Source: Candidatus Gastranaerophilales bacterium (GTDB lineage: Bacteria; Cyanobacteriota; Vampirovibrionia; Gastranaerophilales; Gastranaerophilaceae). From it: a DNA stretch of 64,000 nucleotides. Positions within the stretch are counted from its first letter, which is position 1. Each line of letters starts with the position of its first letter. Both the position numbers and the translations under genes were made by a program. This document shows positions 38,185-48,270 of this stretch, piece by piece. Where the stretch lies: the NCBI GenBank assembly GCA_944324365.1, contig CALUWA010000006.1:1113-65112 (forward strand), in the 5' to 3' direction. The notes beneath the pieces are model-generated. The model was not told the DNA's origin and did not search any database. It worked only from the letters and a program-made list of their open reading frames with translations.

Positions 38185-39034
38185 ATTTGTATACTTCCTC
38201 AAAACTTACAGGTTCTTCTGTGTCCCAGGCAATTGGTATTTTACTCATTTCTATTTCTGTAAGCATCATATCTTTTGGTTTTTCTGGCTTATTTTGTTTG
38301 TCTTTATGTAATTTTATTGCAGATTTTGTAAGGTTTGTTAAATTTAAAACTTCTACAGAACCACTTTGTGTAACCAGTTGTTTTTGAAGATTCTTCATTT
38401 CTTCCATGGTTGCCGTACTTAAAACTTCATCCACATAATCACTTATAATCTGTTTAGTTTGCTCTTTACTGTATTTCCCGCGAAGTGAATCAAGCATTGT
38501 GCTTCCAGTTGTGGTTTGTAACACTTCTAAACGCGTCAGTATCATATCTTTTATTCGCTGTGAATTTTGCTCAAAATATTCCCTGCGGGTTAACCGGTGA
38601 TCACGGGCATTGATTAATGCCGTTACTCCGCCCATCTGATACTGAATAACCTTCCAGACATTTTTGCTTGACAGTTTGTCATCTTCCGATTTGCTGCGGT
38701 CATATGCGCCCGTTATTGCCCCAAGATGCTGGCTGTTATAAATATTGTATGCATCGTCAACATTGGCTTGTATTTCATCTATTGCCGCCTGCTGTGCCTG
38801 CTCTTCACTAAAATTTAGCGACATTATCCGCTCTTGTTCGTTTACTTCCGGATGCTCTGGACTAAAATGTTCTACAGCTAAACCTTTCATCATATCCGTG
38901 TAATTCCCGGCTAATAACAAACGCAGTTCGGCCTCGTCCTTTTTCAGCAGCTGAGTGCGCAATGTTTCCAGGTTCGTGCCCGTTACACCACTTCTTACAC
39001 ATATTAAGTTTACTAAATTGTTTTTATCTGTCAT
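38141..39034 (-). CDS. hypothetical protein (297 aa)
   Basis: Long ORF. No family recognised. Confidence 0.5.
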   Translation of the reverse strand: MTDKNNLVNLICVRSGVTGTNLETLRTQLLKKDEAELRLLLAGNYTDMMKGLAVEHFSPEHPEVNEQERIMSLNFSEEQAQQAAIDEIQANVDDAYNIYNSQHLGAITGAYDRSKSEDDKLSSKNVWKVIQYQMGGVTALINARDHRLTRREYFEQNSQRIKDMILTRLEVLQTTTGSTMLDSLRGKYSKEQTKQIISDYVDEVLSTATMEEMKNLQKQLVTQSGSVEVLNLTNLTKSAIKLHKDKQNKPEKPKDMMLTEIEMSKIPIAWDTEEPVSFEEVYKYERGCEYSKARRIF

Positions 39035-39194
39035 TACACACCTTTTACAGTAATGATTTTCTCCTTATTCATACGGCTCTTCCCCTAGAAATCTTTACTA
39101 CTTTCTTGTAAAAAGTTAATAATCTTAACAGAACATAAAAAAATCTCCTAAATTTAAAATAATTTAGGAGATTTTTCCATATTTATAAAATAAA

Positions 39195-40658
39195 TTATAT
39201 ATTAGCTAACTGTTTCCAATAATTATGTGCCTGTTCAAACTGGTATGCCATATTGAACAATTTACCTTCCTGAAGCTGCGGTGCTAATATTTGCAATCCG
39301 ATAGGCATACCATCTTTATCAAATCCGGCAGGTACGCTTATGCCCGGGATACCTGCAAGGTTAGCTGAAATTGTTGCAATATCGGTTAAGTACATCTGAA
39401 GCGGATCAGAAGCTTTTGCACCCAAATCAAATGCTGTATTCGGGCAGGTAGGAGATATCAAAATATCAACTTTTTCAAAAGCTTTTTTGAAATCTTCTGT
39501 AACCAAAGCCCTCATTTGTTGTGCCTTTTTGTAATAAGCATCGTAATATCCTGAACTTAATGCGTAAGTACCAAGCATTATACGGCGTTTAACTTCCGGA
39601 CCGAAACCTTCTGCTCTTGTTTTTGTGTACATTTCCATAAGATTTTTGGCATCAGGAGTTCTGTAACCGTATTTTACACCGTCAAATCTTGCAAGGTTTG
39701 AACTGCATTCTGCTGTTGCAAGAATATAGTATATTCCGATTGAATATTTTAATTTAGGAAGAGAAATTTCAACGATTTCGCAGCCTAAATTTTTGTATGT
39801 TTCAATTGCATTTTTAATTGCTTTTTCAACGTCTTCCGTAAGACCTTCTGACATTAAATCTTTGATAACACCGACTTTTTTGCCTTTTATATCATCTTTT
39901 AAAGATGCTGCATAATGTTCTACCGGTAAATTTAATGATGTGGAATCTTTAGGGTCATGACCGGAAATTACTTCCAAAAGGTTTGCGGCATCTTCTACAG
40001 AACGCGCAAAAGGCCCGATTTGGTCTAAAGATGATGCAAATGCAATAAGACCATATCTTGAAACACGTCCGTAAGTCGGTTTCATCCCTACGATACCGCA
40101 GAATGAAGCCGGAAGTCTTATTGAACCGCCGGTGTCGGAACCTAATGCCAAAGTTGCTTCGCATGACGCAACGCTGGCTGCTGAACCGCCTGATGAACCT
40201 CCAGGAACTTTATTTAAGTTCCAAGGGTTATGAACTTTTTTGAATGCTGAGTTTTCATTTGATGAACCCATTGCAAACTCGTCAAGGTTAGCTTTTCCAA
40301 CAATCGGTACAAGATTATTTAATAATTTTTCCGTAATTGTTGCGTTATAAGGCGATACAAAATTTTCCAAAATCTTACTGGAGGCAGTAGTTTTGGAACC
40401 TACAAGGTTCATGTTGTCTTTTAGAGCAAGCGGAATACCGGCTAAAAGCGGTAAATCTTCCCCTTTTGCAATTTTTTCATCAACTTTTTTAGCTGTATTC
40501 AGGGCAGTTTCTTTTGTCAGAGAATTGAAAGCTCCCAATTTTTCATCAACTTCGTCAATTCTTGCAAAAGCAGCCTGGGTCAATTCAACAGCTGAAATCT
40601 CTTTATTTTTTAATGCCTTACTTTGTTCAGCGGCAGTTTTCTTTAAAAGCTCGTTCAT
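39195..40658 (-). CDS. gatA: Asp-tRNA(Asn)/Glu-tRNA(Gln) amidotransferase subunit A
   Basis: Amidase signature GGSSGGSAASVA...GSDTGGSIRLPASFCG. Confidence 0.95.
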   Translation of the reverse strand: MNELLKKTAAEQSKALKNKEISAVELTQAAFARIDEVDEKLGAFNSLTKETALNTAKKVDEKIAKGEDLPLLAGIPLALKDNMNLVGSKTTASSKILENFVSPYNATITEKLLNNLVPIVGKANLDEFAMGSSNENSAFKKVHNPWNLNKVPGGSSGGSAASVASCEATLALGSDTGGSIRLPASFCGIVGMKPTYGRVSRYGLIAFASSLDQIGPFARSVEDAANLLEVISGHDPKDSTSLNLPVEHYAASLKDDIKGKKVGVIKDLMSEGLTEDVEKAIKNAIETYKNLGCEIVEISLPKLKYSIGIYYILATAECSSNLARFDGVKYGYRTPDAKNLMEMYTKTRAEGFGPEVKRRIMLGTYALSSGYYDAYYKKAQQMRALVTEDFKKAFEKVDILISPTCPNTAFDLGAKASDPLQMYLTDIATISANLAGIPGISVPAGFDKDGMPIGLQILAPQLQEGKLFNMAYQFEQAHNYWKQLANI

Positions 40659-40884
40659 GTTTTCTCCTTAGCTAATTCTCTATTCCAATCCTATGACAAA
40701 CAACGGGTGATGACAAGTATTTATAAAAACTCTTAGCATCTCTTCATAAATCTATTTACAAATTCTAAATCATGTGTCATACTTTAGTTGCAAATATTTG
40801 TAACAAATTATTAAAAATGCGCAAAAATTTTTTTTCAGATGATTTTAACCATCTGAGACATTAAACTAATGGAGTGTAGAAAAT

Positions 40885-41706
40885 ATGTTAACAATTCAAC
40901 CGGGCTTAGTAAACAATTTTAGTCGTAGTCAGGCATTCGGAAACAGAAATTTCCAGCGTTATGCACAAGACGTGGATTTCGTTGATTATGAGGATGTAAC
41001 TGATTTGTATGGCGATAATGCCTCTGATCGTTATGATTTTGATATAAACAGGGAAAAAGAAAAAACTAAAAAAGAACTTGATCTTTGGAAACAGACAAAA
41101 GCTAATGTTGATGCTATTGCAAAATCAACAGAAAATGTCCCGGGAGTAAAGACCGGAACAAAAATCCTTTCCGGTTTAACTGCTGTGGCTATTGGCTGGG
41201 GCGGTTTGAGATGGGGTACCGTAGGTACTTTGGAAGTACTTTCCAAAATGGGTAAATCTGATGCTGCACAAGCTGTAAAAGGTTTCGCTGAAAACTCCGG
41301 GAAATGGATTTCTAAGCAAGCTGACTCACTGAAAAAATATGCTCAGCGTACTGATGTTTATAAGAGTGCAGCCAAGAGAATTTCCGGCTGGGAAAAATCT
41401 TTTGCTGACAGTTCTGTTGGTAAAACGCTTGACGGTTGGAAAAAAGCAATAAATGATAATTCAGCATATAAAGCAGTTGTTAAAGCTAAAGATAATACGG
41501 TTGATTACCTGAGGAAAGTAAATTATAAACGCGTATTTGTCGAAGGCATGGGTGTTGCCGGCGGCGGAACTGCTGCAGTTAATGTTCTTGGCGGCAAAAC
41601 TATCGACGGACGCAAACAAAATGTTGAAGTTGATAATGATGGTAAGTATTATGTAAATGGCAGAGAATATATGTTTGACGAAGGAGATGTTTCAGATGCC
41701 GCTTAA
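40885..41706 (+). CDS. hypothetical protein (273 aa)
   Basis: SD GGAGTG before the ATG. One central hydrophobic segment (GLTAVAIGWGGL). Confidence 0.5.
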   Translation: MLTIQPGLVNNFSRSQAFGNRNFQRYAQDVDFVDYEDVTDLYGDNASDRYDFDINREKEKTKKELDLWKQTKANVDAIAKSTENVPGVKTGTKILSGLTAVAIGWGGLRWGTVGTLEVLSKMGKSDAAQAVKGFAENSGKWISKQADSLKKYAQRTDVYKSAAKRISGWEKSFADSSVGKTLDGWKKAINDNSAYKAVVKAKDNTVDYLRKVNYKRVFVEGMGVAGGGTAAVNVLGGKTIDGRKQNVEVDNDGKYYVNGREYMFDEGDVSDAA

Positions 41707-42175
41707 TGCAATTGGTCCTAAATTTGTAACATTTACAAGCAGTGCAAACGGTACTACAAAGTCAAGTGACGATAATAATAACCGTCGCGAAAACGTCGGT
41801 GCTGCGGCTGCGGCAACCGGTGCTGCAGGGGCCGGTTATTCTGCGACACGCGGAGCTGCTTTTAAAATGTTCAAATCAAGCGAAAATTTACGCGGAACAA
41901 TAAATACAATTGCAGAAGGCGCAAATGTTGTAAATCAGCCTATTAAACAGACAAATTCACTATGGAATGCCTTGAAGGTTAATTACAAACAGTTAAGACT
42001 TGATATCGCAAATTGGGCTAAGGCTTCAAAAATGCCAAAATTTATGAAATCAATGTTTACAGGTAAGCTTGGAGCAATTATTGGCGGCGGTGCTTCTGTG
42101 TTTGTATTTATTACCGGGATTACAGAAGTTGTAGATACTTTTGCAAATAAAGTTAATCCGATGATGAATAAGTAA
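41696..42175 (+). CDS. hypothetical membrane protein (159 aa)
   Basis: ATG 41696 after AGGAGATG, overlapping the upstream stop. C-terminal TM segment (LGAIIGGGASVFVFITGI). Confidence 0.45.
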   Translation: MPLNAIGPKFVTFTSSANGTTKSSDDNNNRRENVGAAAAATGAAGAGYSATRGAAFKMFKSSENLRGTINTIAEGANVVNQPIKQTNSLWNALKVNYKQLRLDIANWAKASKMPKFMKSMFTGKLGAIIGGGASVFVFITGITEVVDTFANKVNPMMNK

Positions 42176-42221
42176 AAGTTTGTATATTGAATAATCAGTA
42201 AAATTATGCTAAACTTCGGTT

Positions 42222-43358
42222 ATGCATAATTTTATTTTAAGGGAATTAAAAACAGAAGATATTCTGACGGGATTAAATGAGATTGGGTTTGATAAATCCT
42301 ATGCTCCAAGAGCGTGTGATAAATATAGTTATAAGAATATAAAGATTTTTGACCTTTCTGTGGCGCAGGCTAATATTCTAAAACAGACTGCATTATCGGT
42401 AGGTGCCGATTGTGCTACAAACCGGGATGTTGTGACCGGCAGAGCGGAAAAATCTGATTGTATACTTGGCGGCAGTGTGGCTCAATTATCAAAAATTGCG
42501 GTGCAGCTTGGACTGCAGCCATTTGGGTTAAGAAATCTCGGACGTGAAATCGAAAGTTTTCTTTCTATTGAAGATGTTCCGGGCACAAAAATTATGGGAA
42601 TTTTAAATCTTACGCATAATTCTTTTTCAGATGGCGGTGAATATGAAAATTTTGAGCAGGCGGCTACTCATCTTATAAAATTAGTTGAGGATGGGGCGGA
42701 TATTGTTGATATCGGTGCTGAATCTACAAAACCTTTTGCGGAGGCTGTTTCTGTAGATGAGCAGCTTTCAAAGTTACTTCCTATATTGGATTTTGCAAGA
42801 GAAAATAATATTGAAGTGCCGATTAGCATAGATACAAGAAGCTCGGAAGTTGCCAGACGCTGTCTGGAAGCCGGAGCTACGGCTATAAATGATGTGTCTG
42901 GGCTTGATTATGATGCGGAAATGGTTTCCGTAATTGCGGATTTTGATTGTCCTGTTGTTATACAGCATTCAAAAGGTATTCCGGAAACTATGCAGATTAA
43001 TCCAATGTATGGAAATTTGATGGATGAAATATTTTTGGATTTAAACCGCCGGATTGAATTTGCGCTTTCAAACGGTGTAAAAAAAGAAAATATAATTATT
43101 GACCCGGGGATTGGTTTTGGCAAAACAAGAGAACATAATTTTGAGATTATAAATCGTATAGAGGAATTAAAAGTATTTGATTGTCCGATATTGCTCGGAT
43201 TATCAAGAAAAAGTCTTTTAAATATGCCGGATGCGGATAATTATACAAAAGATATTTTTACCGTAGCGTTAAATACCCTTGCTGTCGAAAAGAAGGTTGA
43301 TATAATAAGAGTCCACAACGTGAAATTACACAGACAGCTTTTAGATATGTTTAAGTAG
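42222..43358 (+). CDS. folP: dihydropteroate synthase with N-terminal extension domain
   Basis: GILNLTHNSFSDGG, DIGAESTKP, SIDT, NDVSG and GIGFGK motifs. Confidence 0.9.
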   Translation: MHNFILRELKTEDILTGLNEIGFDKSYAPRACDKYSYKNIKIFDLSVAQANILKQTALSVGADCATNRDVVTGRAEKSDCILGGSVAQLSKIAVQLGLQPFGLRNLGREIESFLSIEDVPGTKIMGILNLTHNSFSDGGEYENFEQAATHLIKLVEDGADIVDIGAESTKPFAEAVSVDEQLSKLLPILDFARENNIEVPISIDTRSSEVARRCLEAGATAINDVSGLDYDAEMVSVIADFDCPVVIQHSKGIPETMQINPMYGNLMDEIFLDLNRRIEFALSNGVKKENIIIDPGIGFGKTREHNFEIINRIEELKVFDCPILLGLSRKSLLNMPDADNYTKDIFTVALNTLAVEKKVDIIRVHNVKLHRQLLDMFK

Positions 43359-43456
43359 CATCTTGTTATGCCGGATTATGTAATAATTTGTAAACCGGTT
43401 TGACAGATAGCGGAAAATATTGTCTAATGGATACATAGACTTTGATTAGGTAAGAT

Positions 43457-46400
43457 ATGTACATAAAAGAACTTGAGATAGATAATTTTAAGTCATTTGC
43501 AAATAAATCGGAAATCCCCCTGTTGAAAGGGTTTACTACGGTTTCGGGCCCTAACGGCTCCGGCAAAAGTAATATTATAGACAGTATTTTGTTTGCCCTC
43601 GGGCTTGCAAATGCTAGTGAATTGCGTGCAGAGAACCTGTCGCATTTTATTTCGACTTATACAAAACGTAACGATGCGTTTGTAAAAGTTACGTTTGGCG
43701 ATATGGAGGACGGTAAGGATTTAAGTATTGCAAGGCGTATCAGAAAATCTACTCAAGGGTATGCAAGTACATATTATATTAATGACAGCGTTACGACATT
43801 GACTAACGTGCATGCGATGCTTGAAAAGTACAATGTTACCCCTAACAGCTACAATGTCATGATGCAGGGAGATGTTCAGGGGATTACCAACTGTACTCCG
43901 AAGAACAGACGCAAAATTATAGATGAAATTGCCGGTATTGCAGATTTTGACAGGCGTATAGAACAGGCTACTAACGAGCTTAATGATGTTGAGCAGAGGG
44001 TTGAGCGTTCAAATCTTATTCTTACCGAAATTGAGGGGATGCTTGAGCAGCTTAAAGAAGAAAGAGAAGTTGCAATTAAATACCAGAAGCTTAGAGAGGA
44101 AAAACAGGGGCTTGAAAGCCAGATTGTGAAGGTTCGCTTCTTTGATATTAAACGCAATCTTGAAAAAGCTCATGAAAATATTCTTGAGTTCACCAAAAAG
44201 AAAAAGGAAGAAGAGCTTAAAAATAAGGATTTGGATGAAAAAATCAAGCTTATCCGTAAAAAATACGAAGACATTTCCCAAGAGGTTAAAGAAAAAGGGG
44301 AAGAGCAGCAGATTGATTTGAAAAAGCAGCAGGAAACTTTAAAAGGTGAAATTGATAGAAAACAAAATGCCCTTAATTTTGCTGATAAGCAGATTATGGA
44401 CAACAAGCGTACTGCTGAAAACGCCAGAAACGGTATAGAAACCTTTAAAAAACAAATCGAAGATATAAAGCTTAACATAACATTAAAAATCGAGAATGCT
44501 CAAAAAATTGAGGATGAAATTAAGCAAAAAAATGCGGAGTTAAAGAAAATTCTTGAGGATATGACAGGCTTAAGTTCGACTGCTGAGCAGCATATCGAAA
44601 ACAGAAACCGCTTAAGAAAAGAGCTGGAAGATTTACAAGATAAGGAAAATCAGCTTTTAAAAGAAAAATATCCGCTGGAAAACGAGTTAAAAAATCTTCT
44701 TGAAGATATTGAAGAGGCCAAGAGCAAGCTTGCAGAGTTAGAGGAAATGAAAGCAAACTATACCTCAAACTTTGATTTGAAGAAAACTCTTGTTGAGCAG
44801 CTGCAGAAGGAAATGCAGGAATTTAAAGAAATTCAGCAGTCTGCAATGCATGATTTGGATACCACGAATAATGAAATAAACGATATTAATTATAATATTC
44901 GTATGGCTTACGGAAAATTGTCAAGGCTTGAGGCGCAAAAACAGGTTGCAGCAAGTTCCGGGACAAATATGGCAATTGATACCGTTATGAATGCCAAATT
45001 ACGAGGAGTTCATGCTCCTCTAATGCAGTTGGGAACGGTTGATAAAGAATATTCAACGGCATTGGAAATTGCTTTTGGCGGAAGGCTCGGACATATTGTA
45101 GTTGACGATGAGCATGTTGCATCTGTTGCAATTGAGCTTTTGAAATCCGCAAGAGCCGGCAGAACAACGTTTATCCCGCTTAATAAGGTTGCAAAAGCTC
45201 CTACACGTCTTGCACTGCCAAAAGATAAAGGAGTTATAGATTTTGCAATTAACCTTGTTGATTTTGATGATGAATATGTAAATGCGTTTTATTACGCGGT
45301 CGGCGATACAATTGTTGTTGAAGATATGGAGTGTGCCAAAAGGCTTATAGGTAAATACCGTATGGTAACTCTTGCCGGAGAATTGTTTGAAAAATCAGGT
45401 GCTATTACGGGCGGTTCCGTGAGAAAATCGGGCTTTTCTTTCTCTCAAAATGATGATAACGAGCTTGAAGAATTTAAGCGAAAAGTTAAGGAAATGGAAG
45501 AAAATCTTGGGAAGCTTGAGAATAAAAAGGCTTCACTTGAAGCAAAATTGCAGGATGTACGCCAGAAATATTCCGACTGTATGAGCGAGCATTCAAAAGC
45601 TAAGGTTGAACTTGATAATATGTCAAGAAATTATGAAAACAGCGAGAATATCTTAAAGGAAAAAGCTGATTTTATTGCTCAGGCAGAACCTAAAGTTCAG
45701 GAATTAAACAAAAAACTTGATAAACTTGAAGAAAAAAATCTCGAAGTTAACGATAAAATGCTTGAGGTAAAATCCGGAATTGAAGAAATCGAAAAGCTTA
45801 TAAATGACAAAGATCTCAAAGATTTAAAAGAAAAAACTGAAGGAGTTGAGGCTGAGATTAAGCGCCTGCAATCCAATTTAATGACAACAAATAATGATAA
45901 AAACGATCTTGAACGCAGGATAAGTTTTAACGAGGATTTAATTAAAACGAAACAGGAAGAAATAGAAGAAAAAGAAAAAGCTAACGTTAAGCTTGAAGAG
46001 GACAAGACTGTTTTCAAAGGTGAGATTGAGGAGTTAAATAAAAAAGTTGAAGTTCTTGAAGAACAGATTGCTGTAATTCAAGATAAACTCGGAGAACTTC
46101 TTAAACAGCGTGATGAAATTTCAAATAATATTAATGAGCTTGAAAAAGAACGTCATATAAAATCATCCGATATAGAAAGAATTGCAGAGCAGATTGAATC
46201 TTTCCGGGCACGCAGAAGAGAGCTGGAACCGCAGCTTGATAATGCAAAAAAAGAGCTTGAGGACACCGGTGCTGATATTTCGAAGTTAGAACCTGTAGAG
46301 ATTTCAATTGATGAGATTACGTCTAAAATACAGCGTCTTGATAAAAAAATGACGGAGCTCGGGGATGTTAATATGAGAGCTTTAACCTCATATGACGAAA

Positions 46401-46951
46401 AGCTTGCGCGTCAAAATGAGCTTAAGGAAAGAATAGAGGTTCTTTCAAAAGAGCGCAAAGAAATATTAGAAAGGATGAGCGGTTACGAGCAGCTTAAGAA
46501 AGAAACGTTTATGAAAACTTACAACAACATAAACGAAAACTTTAAGAGTGTGTTCCATCAGCTGTCGGAAGGCGAGGGGGAATTAAAACTCGAAAATCCG
46601 GAAGATCCGCTAAACGGTGGTATGACAATCGAGGCTCAGCCGAGAGATAAAAAACTTCAAAGACTGGAAAGTATGTCGGGCGGAGAAAAATCTCTTACTG
46701 CATTGGCATTTGTCTTTGCTATTCAGCGTTATATGCCGTCGCCTTTCTATGCGTTCGATGAAGTTGATGCTAGTTTGGATACAATGAATGTTGAGCGTAT
46801 CGCCCAAATGGTGCAGGAACAGTCAAAAGATACGCAATTTATAGTAGTTAGTCACCGTAAACCTATGATAGAATCAGCTAATAGAACAATTGGTGTAACT
46901 CAAAAAGAAAAGGGCATCACGAGGGTAACGGGAGTAAAATTAAGAGATTAG
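43457..46951 (+). CDS. smc: chromosome segregation protein SMC
   Basis: Walker A GPNGSGKSN, long coiled coils, hinge domain, signature LSGGEKSLTALA and Walker B FYAFDEVDA. Confidence 0.95.
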   Translation: MYIKELEIDNFKSFANKSEIPLLKGFTTVSGPNGSGKSNIIDSILFALGLANASELRAENLSHFISTYTKRNDAFVKVTFGDMEDGKDLSIARRIRKSTQGYASTYYINDSVTTLTNVHAMLEKYNVTPNSYNVMMQGDVQGITNCTPKNRRKIIDEIAGIADFDRRIEQATNELNDVEQRVERSNLILTEIEGMLEQLKEEREVAIKYQKLREEKQGLESQIVKVRFFDIKRNLEKAHENILEFTKKKKEEELKNKDLDEKIKLIRKKYEDISQEVKEKGEEQQIDLKKQQETLKGEIDRKQNALNFADKQIMDNKRTAENARNGIETFKKQIEDIKLNITLKIENAQKIEDEIKQKNAELKKILEDMTGLSSTAEQHIENRNRLRKELEDLQDKENQLLKEKYPLENELKNLLEDIEEAKSKLAELEEMKANYTSNFDLKKTLVEQLQKEMQEFKEIQQSAMHDLDTTNNEINDINYNIRMAYGKLSRLEAQKQVAASSGTNMAIDTVMNAKLRGVHAPLMQLGTVDKEYSTALEIAFGGRLGHIVVDDEHVASVAIELLKSARAGRTTFIPLNKVAKAPTRLALPKDKGVIDFAINLVDFDDEYVNAFYYAVGDTIVVEDMECAKRLIGKYRMVTLAGELFEKSGAITGGSVRKSGFSFSQNDDNELEEFKRKVKEMEENLGKLENKKASLEAKLQDVRQKYSDCMSEHSKAKVELDNMSRNYENSENILKEKADFIAQAEPKVQELNKKLDKLEEKNLEVNDKMLEVKSGIEEIEKLINDKDLKDLKEKTEGVEAEIKRLQSNLMTTNNDKNDLERRISFNEDLIKTKQEEIEEKEKANVKLEEDKTVFKGEIEELNKKVEVLEEQIAVIQDKLGELLKQRDEISNNINELEKERHIKSSDIERIAEQIESFRARRRELEPQLDNAKKELEDTGADISKLEPVEISIDEITSKIQRLDKKMTELGDVNMRALTSYDEKLARQNELKERIEVLSKERKEILERMSGYEQLKKETFMKTYNNINENFKSVFHQLSEGEGELKLENPEDPLNGGMTIEAQPRDKKLQRLESMSGGEKSLTALAFVFAIQRYMPSPFYAFDEVDASLDTMNVERIAQMVQEQSKDTQFIVVSHRKPMIESANRTIGVTQKEKGITRVTGVKLRD

Positions 46952-46952
46952 T

Positions 46953-47774
46953 ATGAGTACGGCTGTAGTAAATTACAATTTAGACTTACCTGAAATAGAG
47001 AAAACCGCCGAAAACGAAGGTATCGGCATTCTTGTTTCAATGGCTAAAGCCGGCAAAATTGATCCTTGGAATATAGATATTATTGATGTAACCGATAAAT
47101 ATCTTGCCCATTTTTGCTCAATGAAATCCCAGAATTTAAGAATTACGGGCAGAACTTACCTTTTTGCATCGGTTCTTTTGAATATGAAATCAAAAATTCT
47201 TGACGGGGTAGATGTGCTGCAGTTTCAGGATGCTCCGGAAGAAAATATTGAATACGATGATGACGGATTTATTGTGGAATATCCGGAAGATGATATTCCA
47301 ACTGCAAATGCCCAGACAATAGATGATGTGCTGCAAAGACGTACAAGTGTCAGGTTAAACAGAAATCGCGTAGTTACGTTGCGGGATTTGATCCGTCAAT
47401 TGCAGTTTTATGAAAAGTTAGAGCAAAAACAATCCTTAAAACAAGCGCACGAGCGTGCAAAAAACAGAGTTCGCTCATATGCAAGGTTTACACCGGATGA
47501 TATTATTAACCTTGCACACGAAGAATATATTGAAGATTGCGTTTTAAGGTTAAAAGAAAATTTGGTTCAAATTTTTGAACATCAGGATAAAATTGAATTA
47601 AATGAACTTACGCTTCTGGGTATGGATAAGATAAGCGCCTATATTGCGCTTTTATTCCTTAGTGCCGAAACTGATTACGATTTGGAGCAGAAAGAATTTT
47701 ATTCTGATTTATATGTTGTGAGAGGTAATAATGGAACAGCAGAAATCACTGGAACACTTGAAAGCGAGAATTGA
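46953..47774 (+). CDS. scpA: segregation and condensation protein A
   Basis: Position directly after smc and a kleisin-like N-terminus (GKIDPWNIDIIDVTDKYL). Confidence 0.85.
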   Translation: MSTAVVNYNLDLPEIEKTAENEGIGILVSMAKAGKIDPWNIDIIDVTDKYLAHFCSMKSQNLRITGRTYLFASVLLNMKSKILDGVDVLQFQDAPEENIEYDDDGFIVEYPEDDIPTANAQTIDDVLQRRTSVRLNRNRVVTLRDLIRQLQFYEKLEQKQSLKQAHERAKNRVRSYARFTPDDIINLAHEEYIEDCVLRLKENLVQIFEHQDKIELNELTLLGMDKISAYIALLFLSAETDYDLEQKEFYSDLYVVRGNNGTAEITGTLESEN

Positions 47775-48270
47775 GGCTGTTTTATTTACGACAGCTCAGG
47801 CTTTATCAATAAAAGATATAGCAGAAATTCTGGAAGAAGAAGATTTGGAAAAAACGGAAGAAGCCATGTTAGAATTAATTATGGACTATTCTTCACGTCC
47901 GGGAGCACTGGAGATAGATGACGAAAACGGTTATATCCTTCAGGTTAAAGAAGAACATATGGATATTGTGGAAAAGCTTTGTCCGGTTGAGCTTAAACCT
48001 GCGACCCTTCGAACTCTTTCCGTAATTGCTCTAAAGGAACCGATAAGACAAACTGATTTAAAAGAATTACGAGGTTCTACGGCATACGAACATGTTCAGG
48101 AATTGTTGGAAAAAGGATTAATTAGCAGAACAAAAGATAAAAACGGGAGAAGCTATAACTTGAAAACAACTCCAAAATTCGCGGAATATTTTAAGTTAAA
48201 AGGCGATACCCGCTCGTTAGCAAAACTCCTTGAAGTTGATAAGGGAATTAAGGATAGTGTCAGCGACTAA
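47731..48270 (+). CDS. scpB: segregation and condensation protein B
   Basis: Typical ScpB winged-helix repeats (IEAVLFTTAQALSIKDIAEIL...; LSVIALKEPIRQTDLKELRG). Confidence 0.88.
   Translation: MEQQKSLEHLKARIEAVLFTTAQALSIKDIAEILEEEDLEKTEEAMLELIMDYSSRPGALEIDDENGYILQVKEEHMDIVEKLCPVELKPATLRTLSVIALKEPIRQTDLKELRGSTAYEHVQELLEKGLISRTKDKNGRSYNLKTTPKFAEYFKLKGDTRSLAKLLEVDKGIKDSVSD

Noticed and set aside
37801-39034. Single frameshifted gene spanning ORFs 38141-39034 and 37801-38202 (possible calpain-like protease pseudogene)
   Set aside because: The downstream ORF has its own ATG (38184) with a GAGGAAG SD inside the 3' end of the upstream ORF. This fits two translationally coupled genes. The HAY/NP peptidase-like motifs are too weak, and no catalytic Cys motif is convincing.
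43876-46807. Multiple antisense ORFs inside smc, and likewise inside the TPS exoprotein 19719-21278, rny 27885-29132 and tonB 15456-15760
   Set aside because: They are embedded in long, confidently assigned genes on the opposite strand or in another frame. They are low-complexity mirror translations of K/E-rich, N/G-rich or P-rich coding sequence.
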